Below are positions 11,906-24,378 of a stretch of 51,474 nucleotides of DNA, piece after piece. This DNA is from Callorhinchus milii. Lineage: Eukaryota. The position numbers and the translations under genes were made by a program. The notes beneath the pieces are model-generated. The model saw only the letters and a program-made list of their open reading frames with translations. It was not told where the DNA came from and did no database searches. Positions within the stretch are counted from its first letter, which is position 1. Every line of letters starts with the position of its first letter. Location of the stretch: contig NW_024705366.1 of assembly GCF_018977255.1 (NCBI RefSeq), positions 1 through 51,474 of the forward strand, read 5' to 3'.

Positions 11906-12447
11906 CGTGCTTTTCGTGCACAAATAAGGCGATTAAATGTATCTCGTCTCTGTGTTAATAAATGTATCTGTCTCTTTGTTAAAAAAAAACGTGCTGCATT
12001 TCAGTGAAGTAAATTTGAAGCGAAGTTTAAAGTTTCGCCGTGAGGCGCCGGAAGCGACGGCCATCTTGTTTAGTTCACAGATCGCAGGGGGAGCGGGCGG
12101 CCATCTTGTCGGACAGACGGACGGACGGACACATTAATCTATTGGTGGTCTGGTCCACTTCGTTCCACTAGTATAAAGTAATCGAATGTATCCGTGACAT
12201 GTAATCGTGGAGACGAGAGAGAGGAGGAGGAGGAGGGTGATTGTGTAGGACTACTTTCACTGCCACGAACGGAGCCACTGCCATCTCTGGGCTCACTGGG
12301 GTCTGTCTGTGCCACTTCAACAATGAAACTTCTCCTGTTGCAAGACCTCGCTGGTTGATCAATATATTTGTTTTAATTGCTTATCTTGCAAAACACTCGA
12401 GACCAAGTTAATCGCAATCCAGGGTTTCACTGCACGTAGGCCTCGGC

Positions 12448-12710
12448 AAGGTAAGGTAAAATTTCAAAGTAAAAAGCAACGAGCCTACCTTTACCCTACC
12501 TTTTACCTTACCACAATACAATCACTCTACCATTACCTTTGACCCTTTAGCAGGTAAGGTAACAGGTAAAAGGTCAACAACAACGAGCCTACCTTTACCC
12601 TACCTTCTACCTTACCACAATACAATCACTCTACCTTATCTTTTACCCTTTAGCAGGTAAGGTAAAAGGTAAAAGGTAAAAAGCAACGAGCCGACCTTTT
12701 ACCCTTACCC
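12448..12710. repeat. ~104-bp tandem repeat (2.5 copies) with self-complementary GGTAAGGTAAAAGG / CCTTTTACCTTACC tracts
   Basis: CAACGAGCC recurs at ~12477, 12581 and 12684. Confidence 0.8.
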
Positions 12711-13654
12711 CATACAAATACAATTTACCCGATTACAGGGTAATTACTGGGGTACTACTACGACATCAACAAGGTTATAACGGTAAATGCTTTAAGGTAG
12801 AACGCTTTATACATATAGAATACTCTCGATGATTCCAATTGTACACAATTTCTTTGAACTCACTCTGTCTGTTGTTGTTGTATCTTCAAATCTTGTAACT
12901 CAATTTTAACCCACTTCCCAATGTGATATCGACAGCAAACTTGGTATACTTATGTCATACTGATGACAACACGATATTCTATCATTGAAAATAAAAAAAA
13001 ACATATTTTGAAACATTATTTTTTACATGTTATGTTTCGGCTTGGGTCTAATTGTCCACGCTCAACTGACGTTGGCTGTAATTGGCCACGGTCCATTACG
13101 TTGGGGAGTTCTGCCATTACTAGTAGTACATTTAATAAAATCACCCGGTAACAAGGGTCAATTACCTTCCCTAGGCCTACTGCACGTGCTGCTTGACAGC
13201 ACTGCACGTGCACCTACTCTACTCGGTGAAGTCACGTGGGTAAGCATAAAGTAACAACTTCACAGAATAGCACCAAAGATTGTGGATCCTTGCAGTGACG
13301 AAAACTTCACATCTAGAGACACGTGCCACATCTAGAGACACGTGCCACATCTAGAGACACGCGCACCTAGCCTGGCACCTACAGCTGATCTCTCCAGCAG
13401 CAGCCTTTACCTGCGTGTGGCGCTGAGAGAGACAAAGGCGGCCGGGCGGGAGTTGTATTTGTGGGTCCCCCTCCGTGGACGTAGCAACAGCTGGAGCAGT
13501 AACACGTGTTTTGCAACACGTGCTGTGTACCACGTGCTCTCAGCTACTCGCCTCCAGCTCGAAGCCACTCCCCCTCCAGCTCTAAGCCAATCACCACCGA
13601 CCCACCCACTCGTTGATGAGGATTGCTGCTGTTACTGCTGCTGCATCTGCAGTG

Positions 13655-13872
13655 GCTGCAGCAGCAGTAGTAGCAGCAGCAGCAGCTGCAGCAGCAGCAG
13701 CTGCAGCAGCAGCAGCAGTAGCAGCAGCAGTAACAGCAGCAGTAGCAGTAGAGGCTCTATCTCCTACGACAGCAGTAGCAGCTGCAGAAGCTGCAACAGC
13801 AGTAGCAGCTGCAGCTGTTACAGCTGCTGCAGCTGCTACTGCTGCTGTTACTGCTGCTACAGCAGCTGCTGA
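13655..13872. repeat. (CAG/TAG/CTG)n trinucleotide repeat
   Basis: Direct reading. Confidence 0.9.
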
Positions 13873-14111
13873 GCGGAGGCTCTATCTCCTCTCAGCAGTC
13901 CTCCTGCTGTTGTTCCGCACCTGATGACGATGGCTCGCGTTGCGATGGAAACGTCGTGATCTACGACCTTGTCTACCTGCGTGACTTGAACGAGAGAAGC
14001 ACCGAGTGCTGTGACCACCTCCGCATGCAAGTGGCGAGGTCGAGGCAGCAGGTGGTCCGCTGTGCGGCGTGTGGATCACACACAGCAGCCGCTGTGGGAG
14101 GCCAAAGTCTC

Positions 14112-14280
14112 GATTTTAAAGCTTCTTTCGTGACTGCAGGGATTCATCTTCTTGGTTCTTTTGGTAAAGTCATCACGTGGAAGGGAAATAATAAAATAAT
14201 AAAAATAAAACATAATAAGATACAATTCTCACGACGTTTCGGCCACAACGCAAGCAGCCGTCCTCAGGTGAAGAACAGGT
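14112..14280 (-). mobile_element. Penelope-like pseudo-LTR with hammerhead (14229-14271)
   Basis: Near-identical to the 8950-9100 and 51080-51245 copies, with an intact CTGAGGA...GAAACGTC core on the minus strand. Confidence 0.8.
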
Positions 14281-14309
14281 CTGTCGGAAAGACAGCGTCA
14301 TTCAGACGC

Positions 14310-14719
14310 TGTGGGTGAGTGTGTGGGTGGGTAGGTGGGCGAGCGAGTGTGTGGGTGGTGAGTGTGTTGGTGGGTGAGTGGGCGAGCGAGTGTGTGGGTG
14401 GGTGAGTGTGTTGGTGGTGAGTGTGTGGGTGGATGAGTGTGTGGGTGGGTAGGTGGGCGAGCGGGTGTGTGGGTGGGTGAGTGTGTGGGTGGGTAGGTGG
14501 GCGAGCGAGTGTGTGGGTGGGTGAGTGTGTGGGTGGGTGAGTGTGTGGGTGGGTAGGTGGGCGAGCGGGTGTGTGGGTGGGTGAGTGTGTGGGTGGGTAG
14601 GTGGGCGAGCGAGTGTGTGGGTGGGTGAGTGTGTGGGTGGGTGAGTGTGTGGTGGGTAGGTGGGCGAGCGAGTGTGTGGGCGAGCGAGTGTGTGGGTGGG
14701 GGAGTGTGTGTGTGTGTGG
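14310..14719. repeat. (GGGTGAGTGTGT/GGCGAGCGAGT)n G-rich satellite, continuing at 15138-15410
   Basis: Direct reading. Confidence 0.92.
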
Positions 14720-15137
14720 GTTTAATTCGTAGTTTAGTGGTGGTTAATTGAGGACGTGGAGCTGAGTGGACTTGCCGATGACTGGTACCAGCGGTGTCAA
14801 GATCGGCCTCAGTGGAGGAGGTTCGTGAAGGACGCTACTGAGCAGTTGGAGGCAGTCGCCCTCCAACAACAACGGAGGGCGGAGGAGCGATGCTCACAAC
14901 AACGAGCGGAGCGCCGGGTGGCTAAAGCACAGCAAGTTGGCACAGTAGGGGGCACAGGTGGTGCATCAGCCAGTCATCTCGGTCATCTCGGTCAGTCGAC
15001 CCGTGGCACCTGGGTCTGCCCCATGACCTCCTGCCAGCGGGCGTTCGACACTTCACGTGGCCTCAAGGTGCACTTGGCCTGGCACAAGCATCGTGGTGAC
15101 GTCACTGCCACTTAGTGGCGAATGGCGGTTGTTGTTG
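14720..15137 (+). mobile_element. 5'-truncated RTE-type LINE 3' end preceded by an inverted 5'UTR fragment
   Basis: 14750-15137 matches the 3' end of the 36738-40316 LINE, including the C2H2 finger and (TTG)n tail. 14720-14751 is the reverse complement of 36812-36843. Confidence 0.9.
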
Positions 15138-15410
15138 TGTGGGTGGGTGAGTGTGTGGGTGGGTGAATGGGCGAGCGAGTGTGTGGGTGGGTGAGTGTGT
15201 GGGTAGGTGGGTGAGTGTGTGGGTGGTGAGTGTGTGGGTGGGTAGGTGGGTGAGTGTGTGGGTGGGTGAGTGTGTGGGTGGGTAGGTGGGCGAGCGAGTG
15301 TGTGGGTGAGTGTGTTGGTGAGTGGGCGAGCGAGTGTGTGGGTGGGTGAGTGTGTTGGTGGGTGAGTGGGCGAGCGAGTGTGTGGGTGAGTGTGTGGGTG
15401 TGTGGGTGAG

Positions 15411-18400
15411 TCCTCCAGAAACAACGAAAAAGCATTGCGGATGGCCACGTGGAATGTTAGAACGCTCACTGCGGAGGAGAGGCTGCCACTCCTCTGTCGG
15501 GAGCTGGACCGGTACCGCCTGGATCTTGTGGCATTCAGGAGGTCCGGTGGACCGGTTCTGGCTCCTGCCACCATGAGGGGTGGACAGTCCTCTACTCGGG
15601 GCAGGAGACTGCCAAACAACAGGGTGTGGCTCTTCTTCTGAACAAAAGAATGAAGGGGGCGTGGGAGCGTGGCGGTGAGGTGTGGGAAGCTGTAAGCCCC
15701 AGGATACTTTGGGCTCGCCTTCCCATCAACCAGAGGCGAGGAGTGGTGGTCGTGGTTACTTATGCCCCCACCGAAGACGAACATCCGTGGAGGGATGCAG
15801 GCAAAGCCGATGAGTCAGACGCTTTCTATGACCTCCTGTCACAGGTGCTGGCTAAAGTGGCCACTCGGGACAGAGTCATCTTGTTGGGTGACTTCAATGC
15901 CCGAGTTGGTCATGATGCTGGCACCTGGTCTGGAGTGATTGGAAGGCATGGGCCAGATCAGCTCAATAACAATGGTAGGAGGCTGCTAGATTTTTGTGCA
16001 GCCCATGGGCTTGTAATTACCAACACGCTCTTCCGGCATCGGCGCATCCACACAACATCATGGATGCATGCCGGGTCCAAGCAAGAACATCTGCTGGACT
16101 ACATAGTGACGGACCAGCGGATGCGAGCCCATGTCCTTGACACCAGGACCTACCGTGGAGCTGATCTGCCCTCTGACCATCGACTAGTCATCTGTAAGAT
16201 GCGCCTGCCATTCTTCCACTCCGGTGGTGGGTGTACACCCAGGATCCCATTCCAACCAAAAGTGGCCTGGTCTCAGTTAGCTGATGAAAGTTGCAAGCGA
16301 GAATTTCATCATCGCTTGCAGCTGGGGTTGGCATCGTCCCCCACTCCACCTGATGTCGAGGGTAAATGGGCGAGGTTTAAGACTGTGACTCATGCAGCTG
16401 CAATGGCTGCTTTGGGTACGCGGTCCAGACCTCCCCAGAAACCCTGGCTGACAGAGGAGGTGTTCAGGTTAATTGAGAAAAAGCGACAGGCCCACTCTCA
16501 TCGCCTACAGCATCCCACGTCAGAGAATGAGGAGGTTTACCGCAGCCTTCGCTCGGAGGTTCGGAGAGCCGTAAGGCGCTGTAAGGATGGGTGGTGGTCG
16601 CGGGTTGCTGAGGAGATGGAGTCTGCCTCAGTGGCCCGCGATCACAAATCACTATTTAACTCCATCAAAAAAGTAACCTGCAGCGCCACACCTATTACCA
16701 TCATTAGAGGAAAAAACGGTGATCCAATCTCCGACCCCCAGGAACAGGTTTGCAGATTTGCTGAGCATTTCTGTGAGGTCCTGGGGGAGGGAAATCTCTC
16801 AGCCAGGAAAACATCATGGCACAAAGTGGGATAACCCTGCTGAGGCTGCGGTGCCTCAAATATTGGAAGAGGTCACCCCCTGTGAGTGGCTGGCTGAGGT
16901 GCCAGCTGTTGAGGAAGTACTGAGGGCGATCCGGAGTCTGAGACCAGGAAGGCACCGGGCAGAGATGATCTCCCAAGCGAAATGCTGAGGGAGGGTGGCG
17001 TTTGTGCACAGACTGCCCTATATGACATCATAACAACAGTCTGGACCACTGGACGGGTTCCGCAGGACTGGAAGGATGCCCTGGTGGTCCCCCTCTTTAA
17101 GAAGGGGGACCGTACAGACTGTAACAACTACAGGGGCATCTCACTCCTCAGTGTGCCGGGTAAGGTCCTGGCAAGGATTATTCAACATCGCCTTGCTAGG
17201 CACGCTGAGGAGAGGCTTGCGGAGCCCCAATGCGGTTTCAGGAAAGGGCGGTCCTGCACAGATGCCATATTTTCTGTCCGTCTGCTACAGCAGAGGTGTA
17301 GGGAATTCCAACAAGACCTACATCTCTGCTTTATTGACCTGGTCAAGGCCTATGATACCATCAGTAGGACTGGGCTCTGGGTTGTTCTTCGTGCTTTCGG
17401 AGTCCCTGACCCTCTGCTCACGATCATTAAGGACCTTCATGATGGTGAGCGGGCCCGGGTAAAACTACGTGGCCGGGAGTCGGAGCCTTTCCCTGTACAC
17501 CTTGGGGTGCGACAGGGATGTCCTCTGGCTCCCACATTATTTAACATCTATTTTGACCGCGTAGTTCGTGAAGCCTTCAATAGCTGTACCGGGGGAATTT
17601 CCATTTGGTACAGATATAATGGGAGGCTGATCGATGCCCGGGTGCGATCAAGGGATGGCTCCCTATTGGTCAACCACGTTATGTATGCCGATGATTTGGT
17701 AATAGCTGCTCATTCAGAAGAGGAGTTGGAGACGCTGCTGCTGAGACTGGAGCGTGCCACTAAGAGGTGGGGCCTTACCATCAGCCCCACCAAAACTAAG
17801 CACCTGCCTGGGTATTTTGTACCATCGGACACTCCACCCCCACAACTCCCAATCGGTGATGGGGCAGTTGTGGAGAGAGTGGAGAGTTTCCCATACCTGG
17901 GCAGTGTGCTTATGACCGGCTCCAGTTTAACAGCAGAGGTCTCACTCCGAATCAGTCGAGCGGCAATATCTTTTCATCGGTTGCGTAACGCTGTGTGGAA
18001 GCTACCTGGTCTGTCGCTCCGCACGAAGCTTCAGGTCTTCTCGGCCACGGTCATTCCCTCCCTTCTCTACGCTTGCGAAACGTGGACCCCCCTAATGGAG
18101 CATCTTCGCCGGTTGGAAACATTTAGGCTGGCCTGCCTACGATCCATCCTGGGTTTAACCAGGCTGGATTGTGTGAGGAGCTCACAAATCCTTGAAAGAT
18201 CTGGGCAAAGTCCCATCGGTGAGCTCCTCCGGCAGGCAAGGCTGCGTTGGCTGGGTCATGTAGCCCGCATGCCCAGCCACCGCATGCCTAAACAGCTTTT
18301 GTTCGGCCGGATCGAGGGGGCTAAACGGGCGCGGCACGGGCTAGAGAAGAGATGGAGTGATGTGGTACAGGAGGACGTGGAGCTGAGTGGACTTGCCGAT

Positions 18401-18757
18401 GACTGGTACCAGCGGTGTCAAGATCGGCCTCTGTGGAGGAGGCTCGTGAAGGACGCTACTGGGCAGTTGGAGGCAGTCGCCCTCCAACAACAACGGAGGG
18501 CGGAGGAGCGACGCTCACAACAACGAGCGGAGCGCCGGGTGGCTAAAGCACAGCAAGTTGATACAGTAGGGGGCACAGGTGGTGCATCAGCCAGTCACTC
18601 AGTCATCTCGGTCATCTCGGTCAGTCGACCCGTGGCACCTGCTGGGTCTGCCCCGTGACCTCCTGCCAGCGGGCGTTCGACACTTCAAGGTGCACTTGGC
18701 CTGGCACAAGCGTCGTGGTGACGTCACCACCACTTAATGGCGGTTGTTGTTGTTGTT
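15411..18757 (+). mobile_element. Near full-length RTE-type LINE (APE endonuclease + RT) with several 1-bp frameshifts
   Basis: Motifs ATWNVRTL, YAPT, LGDFNA, LDYI, SDH, QCGFRKGRS, FIDLVKAYD, GVRQGCPLAP, YADD, YLGS and LRWLGHV, plus a (TTG)n tail. Almost identical to the 36738 copy. Confidence 0.95.
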
Positions 18758-21171
18758 CTGTGTACATGTGTCGGTGTGTACATGAGTGTGTGTACACATT
18801 ATGAGTGTGTGTGTACACATGTGTGTGTATGTACACGTGTGTGTACATTAGTGTGTGTACTCATGATGAGTGTGTGTACACATGTGTGTGTACACATGTG
18901 CGTGTGTGTGTACACATGTGCGTGTGTGTGTGTTCATGTGTTGCCTCTACGAAGACTCTGTCTCCCTGCAAGAACACTACACTCGTAGTGGCAGACACAC
19001 CCACTCGACGCGTGCTGTCGTCTCTTGGTGACATGTCCTTGATCACCTCGCGAGGAGTCTGGCCTTTGCTGGGCGATGACCGCGGCGATACCACCACCGC
19101 TTTGCAGTGAATGGCAGTCGTTTCCTTGAGTGTCAATGCTAAAGTTCCTAGAAAATCCAACCAATCGTGCATTATAAAGGTAACACAACGCCAATGAAGT
19201 GCATGCCGTTTTTATTAAAATGTCAAAGGATAACAGCAGAACCAGACATTGACATTTGCTCACATTGTATTATGCCAAGTGATAAAAGGGGCGGGGGGAG
19301 GGGGTTTGCGAAATATCCAAGACTCTGGACTTGACACTTTGGATGAGGAGAGGGTTAGAGATTTAAAATAATAATAACTGGCAAAAACAGTCTTGAAATC
19401 TGGCCACAAATCTTCAGGAAGTGAGAAATGTTGCTAGGACGTGCATCTCAAGAGACAGACTGACACACAGATGGCCCCATCGCACCGACACCACAAGGCA
19501 TCATTGATATGTACAATTTCCGACGATTTTCCCCTCCTCCCCCCGCATCTTAGTCCATTTTCTTCTTCTTCTCGGCAAACAAAACACGTGGAATTGTGAT
19601 AACTGGTTTCTAGCACCGATTTAGACTTGGCAGTTTTCGCGAAAGGCTTTTTTCGCAAACATTTCCCTGCTTGCGTGTGGTCTGCACGGTTTCACAACGT
19701 ACCGTGTTTCAACTTGGCAATGGCAACAAAACAATATAGACCTAAATACTACAACAAGAAGAAAACATGTAAGGGGTCGGGCATTTATTCCATCTCTAAT
19801 AGCGTGCAGACACACAGGGGGATGTTTGCATCTTTAGAGGAGTCGTTGATGTTTGCATCTGCCAAGGTGTGCTGGCTCGCTCAAGTTTTAATTTCAACTT
19901 TGGCAAAAAATTCATTTTCATTCATTCAGCCGCTCATCTTACAAAAATGGAAGCGCTTAAATCATCTAAATACATTTTCCATAATGTTTTGCCCTTTAAC
20001 CGACAGAATTAATTGAGAAAATGCATGTTACGCAATGTATTAATGAAAACATTGCCTCTCGGGGCTTTCAAACAACATCTCATTGCTAAACTTAAAGGCC
20101 CGAGAAGCACTCCGCAGACATTTGAAACGTAAACATTTACGCACATTGCAATACATTGCAATACATTAAATAGCACCAAATATTTCTGCACCTGCCGAGG
20201 GAAACACGAACAAAACAGTCAGTCAGCAAGAAAACCACAAAATAATACAATGAAGAATATAACCAAAATCATCTCGTTATAAAATGGCTGCCACATCCTG
20301 CCTAACCATGCAAGTGGAGTGGCTTTCATGAGCTTTAGCAAGATCCTAAACATGCCCTTCACGCTTGGGTAAAGGTGCGGCCCTGCAGTCGATCGCTTTA
20401 CTAACACCGCTGCCGCTAGGAATGCCTCAACTAGAGGGAGCTTTAGAAAGCTCACGTCGTAGGTATGCTGTTGAAGTGGTCGCAAACGCCCACCACACTT
20501 CACCCCGCCACCGATCGACTAACCGCATCGATGGGTTGGGGGGTTAGAGGTGGAAAGGGAGAACTTTGAGGGGGCCATTTTGTGTAGCAATGGTAACATT
20601 TCATTTGGGAAACACCACAGACGGGGTACATTCGGCCCTCTAAACCATTAATTTCGACATCCATCCGAGCCATTACACTCATCCACATATATTACGAGCA
20701 ATTTAATGCTTGTTCACCCAGGAAAGGCCTCAAAGAGTCATGAACTTTTTTTGAGAAGGGTCCTGCCAAGTTTTCACAGTCGGGGGGTACAACTGTGTAA
20801 TGGTGTGGGGTAGTTTTTCAAATTCGACAAATTCGGACCACGATTCTTGCCCCGCAGTGGCTTGCGCCTGCTGTGAATGACATCACAGGATCTTCAAAGC
20901 AGCTGGCGCGCAGTGCTTCTCTGGTAAGCGAACACCACGGCATTGACCAGGGCGGCCGCTGGACTCTGTCCGTGAGCTCCTGCGATGAGCAGCGGACGCC
21001 GCTGCCGCCACGTCAGTGTCACCATCTGGGGAGGAGCACAAGAAGCAACTCGCGATTTGTTCATCGAATCGAGAATTTATTCTTGGGCAACCACTACGTG
21101 AAAATGCAGTCTAGAGCGGCGTGCAATTATTGTTATTTTTAATGGAACTGACAAAAGCCAAGGCTTTCAAC

Positions 21172-21496
21172 TTATTCTTAGGTTTTTTCGGTAAAGTCAC
21201 GTAGGTAAAACATTAAAATTAAAAAAAGTAAAATAAAATAAAAATCACGACGTTTCGGAGGCAACACAAGCCTCCGTCTTCAGGTGGAACCGTCACAGCC
21301 ACGACAGCTGTATCAAGTAAATGAGAGATTGCAGGAGCTACCACTCCGTTTATATAATGGTTGGAGAGGGGGGAACGTCGTGATTTTTATTTTATTTAAC
21401 TTTTATTAATTTTAATGTTTTACCTACATGGTGACTTTACCGAAAAAACCTAAGAATATGAATCCTTGCAGTCACGAAAGCTTCAAATCTAGAATT
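21172..21496. mobile_element. Penelope-like inverted pseudo-LTR insertion with 12-bp TSD and hammerhead (21246-21286, minus)
   Basis: AAGGCTTTCAAC occurs at 21160-21171 and 21497-21508. The two AT-rich arms are reverse complements. The minus strand reads CAC CTGAAGA C GGAGGC..GCCTCC GAAACGTC GTG. Confidence 0.8.
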
Positions 21497-22079
21497 AAGG
21501 CTTTCAACGTCCCGCAAAGAGTCACACATCTCTCTCAGCAACAGCTACCTCAAAAGCAGACGATTCTGAACAAGCCAGGACAAGTTGTTGGCAACCCACC
21601 ATCCACTTGGAAGCCACACACCAGCTAGCACAACAGTGCTGATGTCCCCCACAAATATACCACCACCACCACCCCCCGAACATCGCTTGTTACGAGGAAT
21701 GTAATGATGATGGGAATAATCCCAGTCCCCTGTCCCCTGGGGAGTTATCATCTCGGGGGTTTTGGTTCGGCGTGAGCCCTTAATAAACGTGGCGTGAGCC
21801 CCTAACAGCAACCTGCCGCGGAGTCGTGAGTAGCGCTACAACAGTCACAAGGACTCTCCAGCCACGTGGCCTTGTGCTGAACAACGTGCACGTGGGTTCT
21901 GCGCTCGCAGTTCCTGTTCATCACAACTAAATCAGAATGGGACGATCTTCATTTGAACTCGGATGTATATCGCATGATGATACTGTCAAAACAAATGTTG
22001 GTTGTAATGTAGAGATTGCAATCTAATTGTATACATATATTGATGTATATGTGGATATACTGGATACACAATACAAAGT

Positions 22080-22330
22080 CAAGACAAAGTTTCCCTGTCG
22101 TGGCCAATGAAGGCCGGCACGGCACTCCAGGGGTGGTTTGGGTGGCCAGCACCACAGCCTGGTGGCGATGTTTACACAATGCACCGGTGCTCATTGAAGG
22201 CCGAGTCGGCCTAGGGGATGCCCGGAACCGGTTCAGATAATCGTCACCGGTGTCGACCTCGAGCGGTAATCGAACTCGGGTGCCCGGGCGACCTAGCGCA
22301 GTGCGCTAACCACTGTGCCACCGCTCCCCC
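22080..22330 (-). mobile_element. tRNA-derived SINE (diverged)
   Basis: GGTGGCCAGCACCAC, GAGTCG.CCTAG, CAGATAATCGTCAC and CGCTAACCACTGTGCCACCGCTCCCC are shared with other copies. Confidence 0.75.
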
Positions 22331-22972
22331 GCACTCCACATCCACGCGTGTGCATATGAAGGACTTCCAATCAATGCTCCGAGGACACGTCGCCTAGTCG
22401 TGCATTGCTCACGGTACTCGGAAACACAACGGGACGCCGCTATAAACACAACGCGTGAATCGCAGCTTTATATTCCAGGAGTGGCTGTGAAAACAATTCT
22501 GTTTTGGAATAGGGGCTCGGTTATAGCCAACTTATAAAATCAATTACGGCCACACTCTCACTGCACCAATGGGTGACGGCCTCGCCACGCCGTATGGGCT
22601 CACGGGGGGATCCAGGATCATACTTGGCCACGATGCCGAGTGAGGGTTGTGTTTGGTGATTGGTGGGGAAAGCAGGAGCGGTTCTGACGTCACTCACAAC
22701 TAATGCTCGCCGTGGCCTGGAGTCGAACTCGGGCTGCCAGGCTCGGAGCACAGCGCCGCACTCCAACCCGCCGTACTACAGCAACACGCCGCTCGGCTTA
22801 TTCACAAGCACGCACCACGGGCTTGACTAAATCGAGTATGAAGTCTAATCCGTACAACGGGAATCCAACAACAATAGTCGTACCCAGTGATAGAGAGAGA
22901 GTGTAGTGATGATGATGATGCGAAGTGCAGAGAAAAGCTTTTACCTGCAGCAGCAGCTCCCTGTTGTCCCCT

Positions 22973-23086
22973 CTATGGGGGAAGCGGTGGGCGCGTCGCC
23001 CACCGCTTCTGTGCATTCTCTTTGGCGCTGGGATCACGGCAGGCACACTCCTTCTTGCGGTCACAACTGGCTGGAACGGTGATCAC
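22973..23086 (-). CDS. PAPPA: Pappalysin terminal coding exon (VITVPASCDRKKECACRDPSAKEN...PLPP*)
   Basis: Matches the pappalysin C-terminal SCD...CACRDP motif. CAG acceptor, TAG stop at 22973-22975. PAPPA versus PAPPA2 is not resolved. Confidence 0.88.
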   Translation of the reverse strand: MITVPASCDRKKECACRDPSAKENAQKRWATRPPLPP

Positions 23087-23463
23087 CTGCACGCACACAC
23101 AAAAAGGCACACCAACACCACACAGACACGTACAATCGATTAACTCTTCGAGTGTGAGGAAAACGGTGCCAAATTAAACGCAAAATGCAGTTTTAAAGAA
23201 ACGAGTATTTGGACCTAGATTTAAAAGTGCTTTGCTAAAGTCACTTCCTAAGATCGTGAGGAAGAGAGTCCCAGACGGTCGTAGAAGCGCATGTCTAATT
23301 GCCAAAAGCTCCCGCGAGGAAGACCGCGGTTTGCGTAATGGTCGATGCTCCTTGACGAGATCAGCAAGGCATTGTGGGTCGTCATTTGTGTCAAGCGCTT
23401 TGTGTGTAGAGAGTGCGACCTGACCATGTGTGCGAGTGCAGCGTGGGCGTGCGACTTGGCCAC

Positions 23464-23562
23464 CTGTTTGAAGGCGGATGTGGACACGCAACAATCCCCT
23501 CCGTCGTAGTGGCAGTAGGCGTTGTTGTTTACCGGGTCACAGTACCCATCGCCGACCCATAA
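23464..23562 (-). CDS. PAPPA: Pappalysin LNR3 exon (LWVGDGYCDPVNNNAYCHYDGGDCCVSTSAFKQ)
   Basis: LNR motif GD.YCD..NN.A.C.YDGGDCC, AG/GT borders, 99 bp, phase 0/0. Confidence 0.95.
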
Positions 23563-24085
23563 CTGAAGACCGCACACGTGCACACACAGCCCACGTACAA
23601 ATCACGCACGGTAACGATGATACAGATGCGCCTTTTGTTTTACAGCAGAGCAACCCTGAGTCTCTGGAAGGAGTGGGAACAATTATGTCAGTTCATCAAA
23701 TGATGTTGATTCTTAAACTCATGACGCATGCAGTGACCTGACGGGCCTACACACATTGTGTTGTTAATGAAAGCCAGACGCAGCAAGTGCTATTTTATAA
23801 TTATCACCGTACATATATTATATGCTCCGTGTTGCAATGGTTAGCACAGCTTAAATATTGGTTCGAATTTCTTAAATCCCCCCCCCCGGCCCACCTCCGT
23901 CCATCCCACGTGTTATGGAATAAAGTGTGGGCCAACTCCCAACTCGTAACAAGACGCCTGGCTGGCATTGGAAGAATAGGCCAAGACACCCTCTAGAGGG
24001 GCTCTCCAGAGTGGAGGCCATTCTGCCAGCAGCGGTGGCGTTAGCAAGACATTGCAAGGTTTCATCTTCACCTCGAGAAAAAGAG

Positions 24086-24378
24086 ACAAAGATCCCCCGA
24101 ACAAACAGTCGGGGCAAGTGCTGTTAGCGAGTAGCAGCACCTGTGAAGGCCGCAACGACACACGAGGGGGGGTGGGTGGCCAGCACCACGCCCGGCCGCC
24201 TTTGTCTCCCCAGTGGCGATGTTTACACACCGCTACACCAGGTAACTCATTTGAGGCCGAGTCGACCTAGATAAGGCTCGGAACCAGTTCAGATGGTCAT
24301 TGCTGGTGTTGGCCGTGAGCGGGAATCGAATTTGGGGGTTCGTAGCGCAGCACGCAAACCACTACACTACCACTCCCC
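24086..24378 (-). mobile_element. tRNA-derived SINE whose head runs into the adjacent minisatellite
   Basis: Same body as the 10460 copy. The plus strand ends ...AAACCACTACACTACCACTCCCC. Confidence 0.85.

Noticed and set aside
19000..19115. GC-rich exon-like stretch on the minus strand (SPRSSPSKGQTPREVIKDMSPRDD)
   Set aside because: Weak splice signals, no recognisable homology and no clear partner exons.
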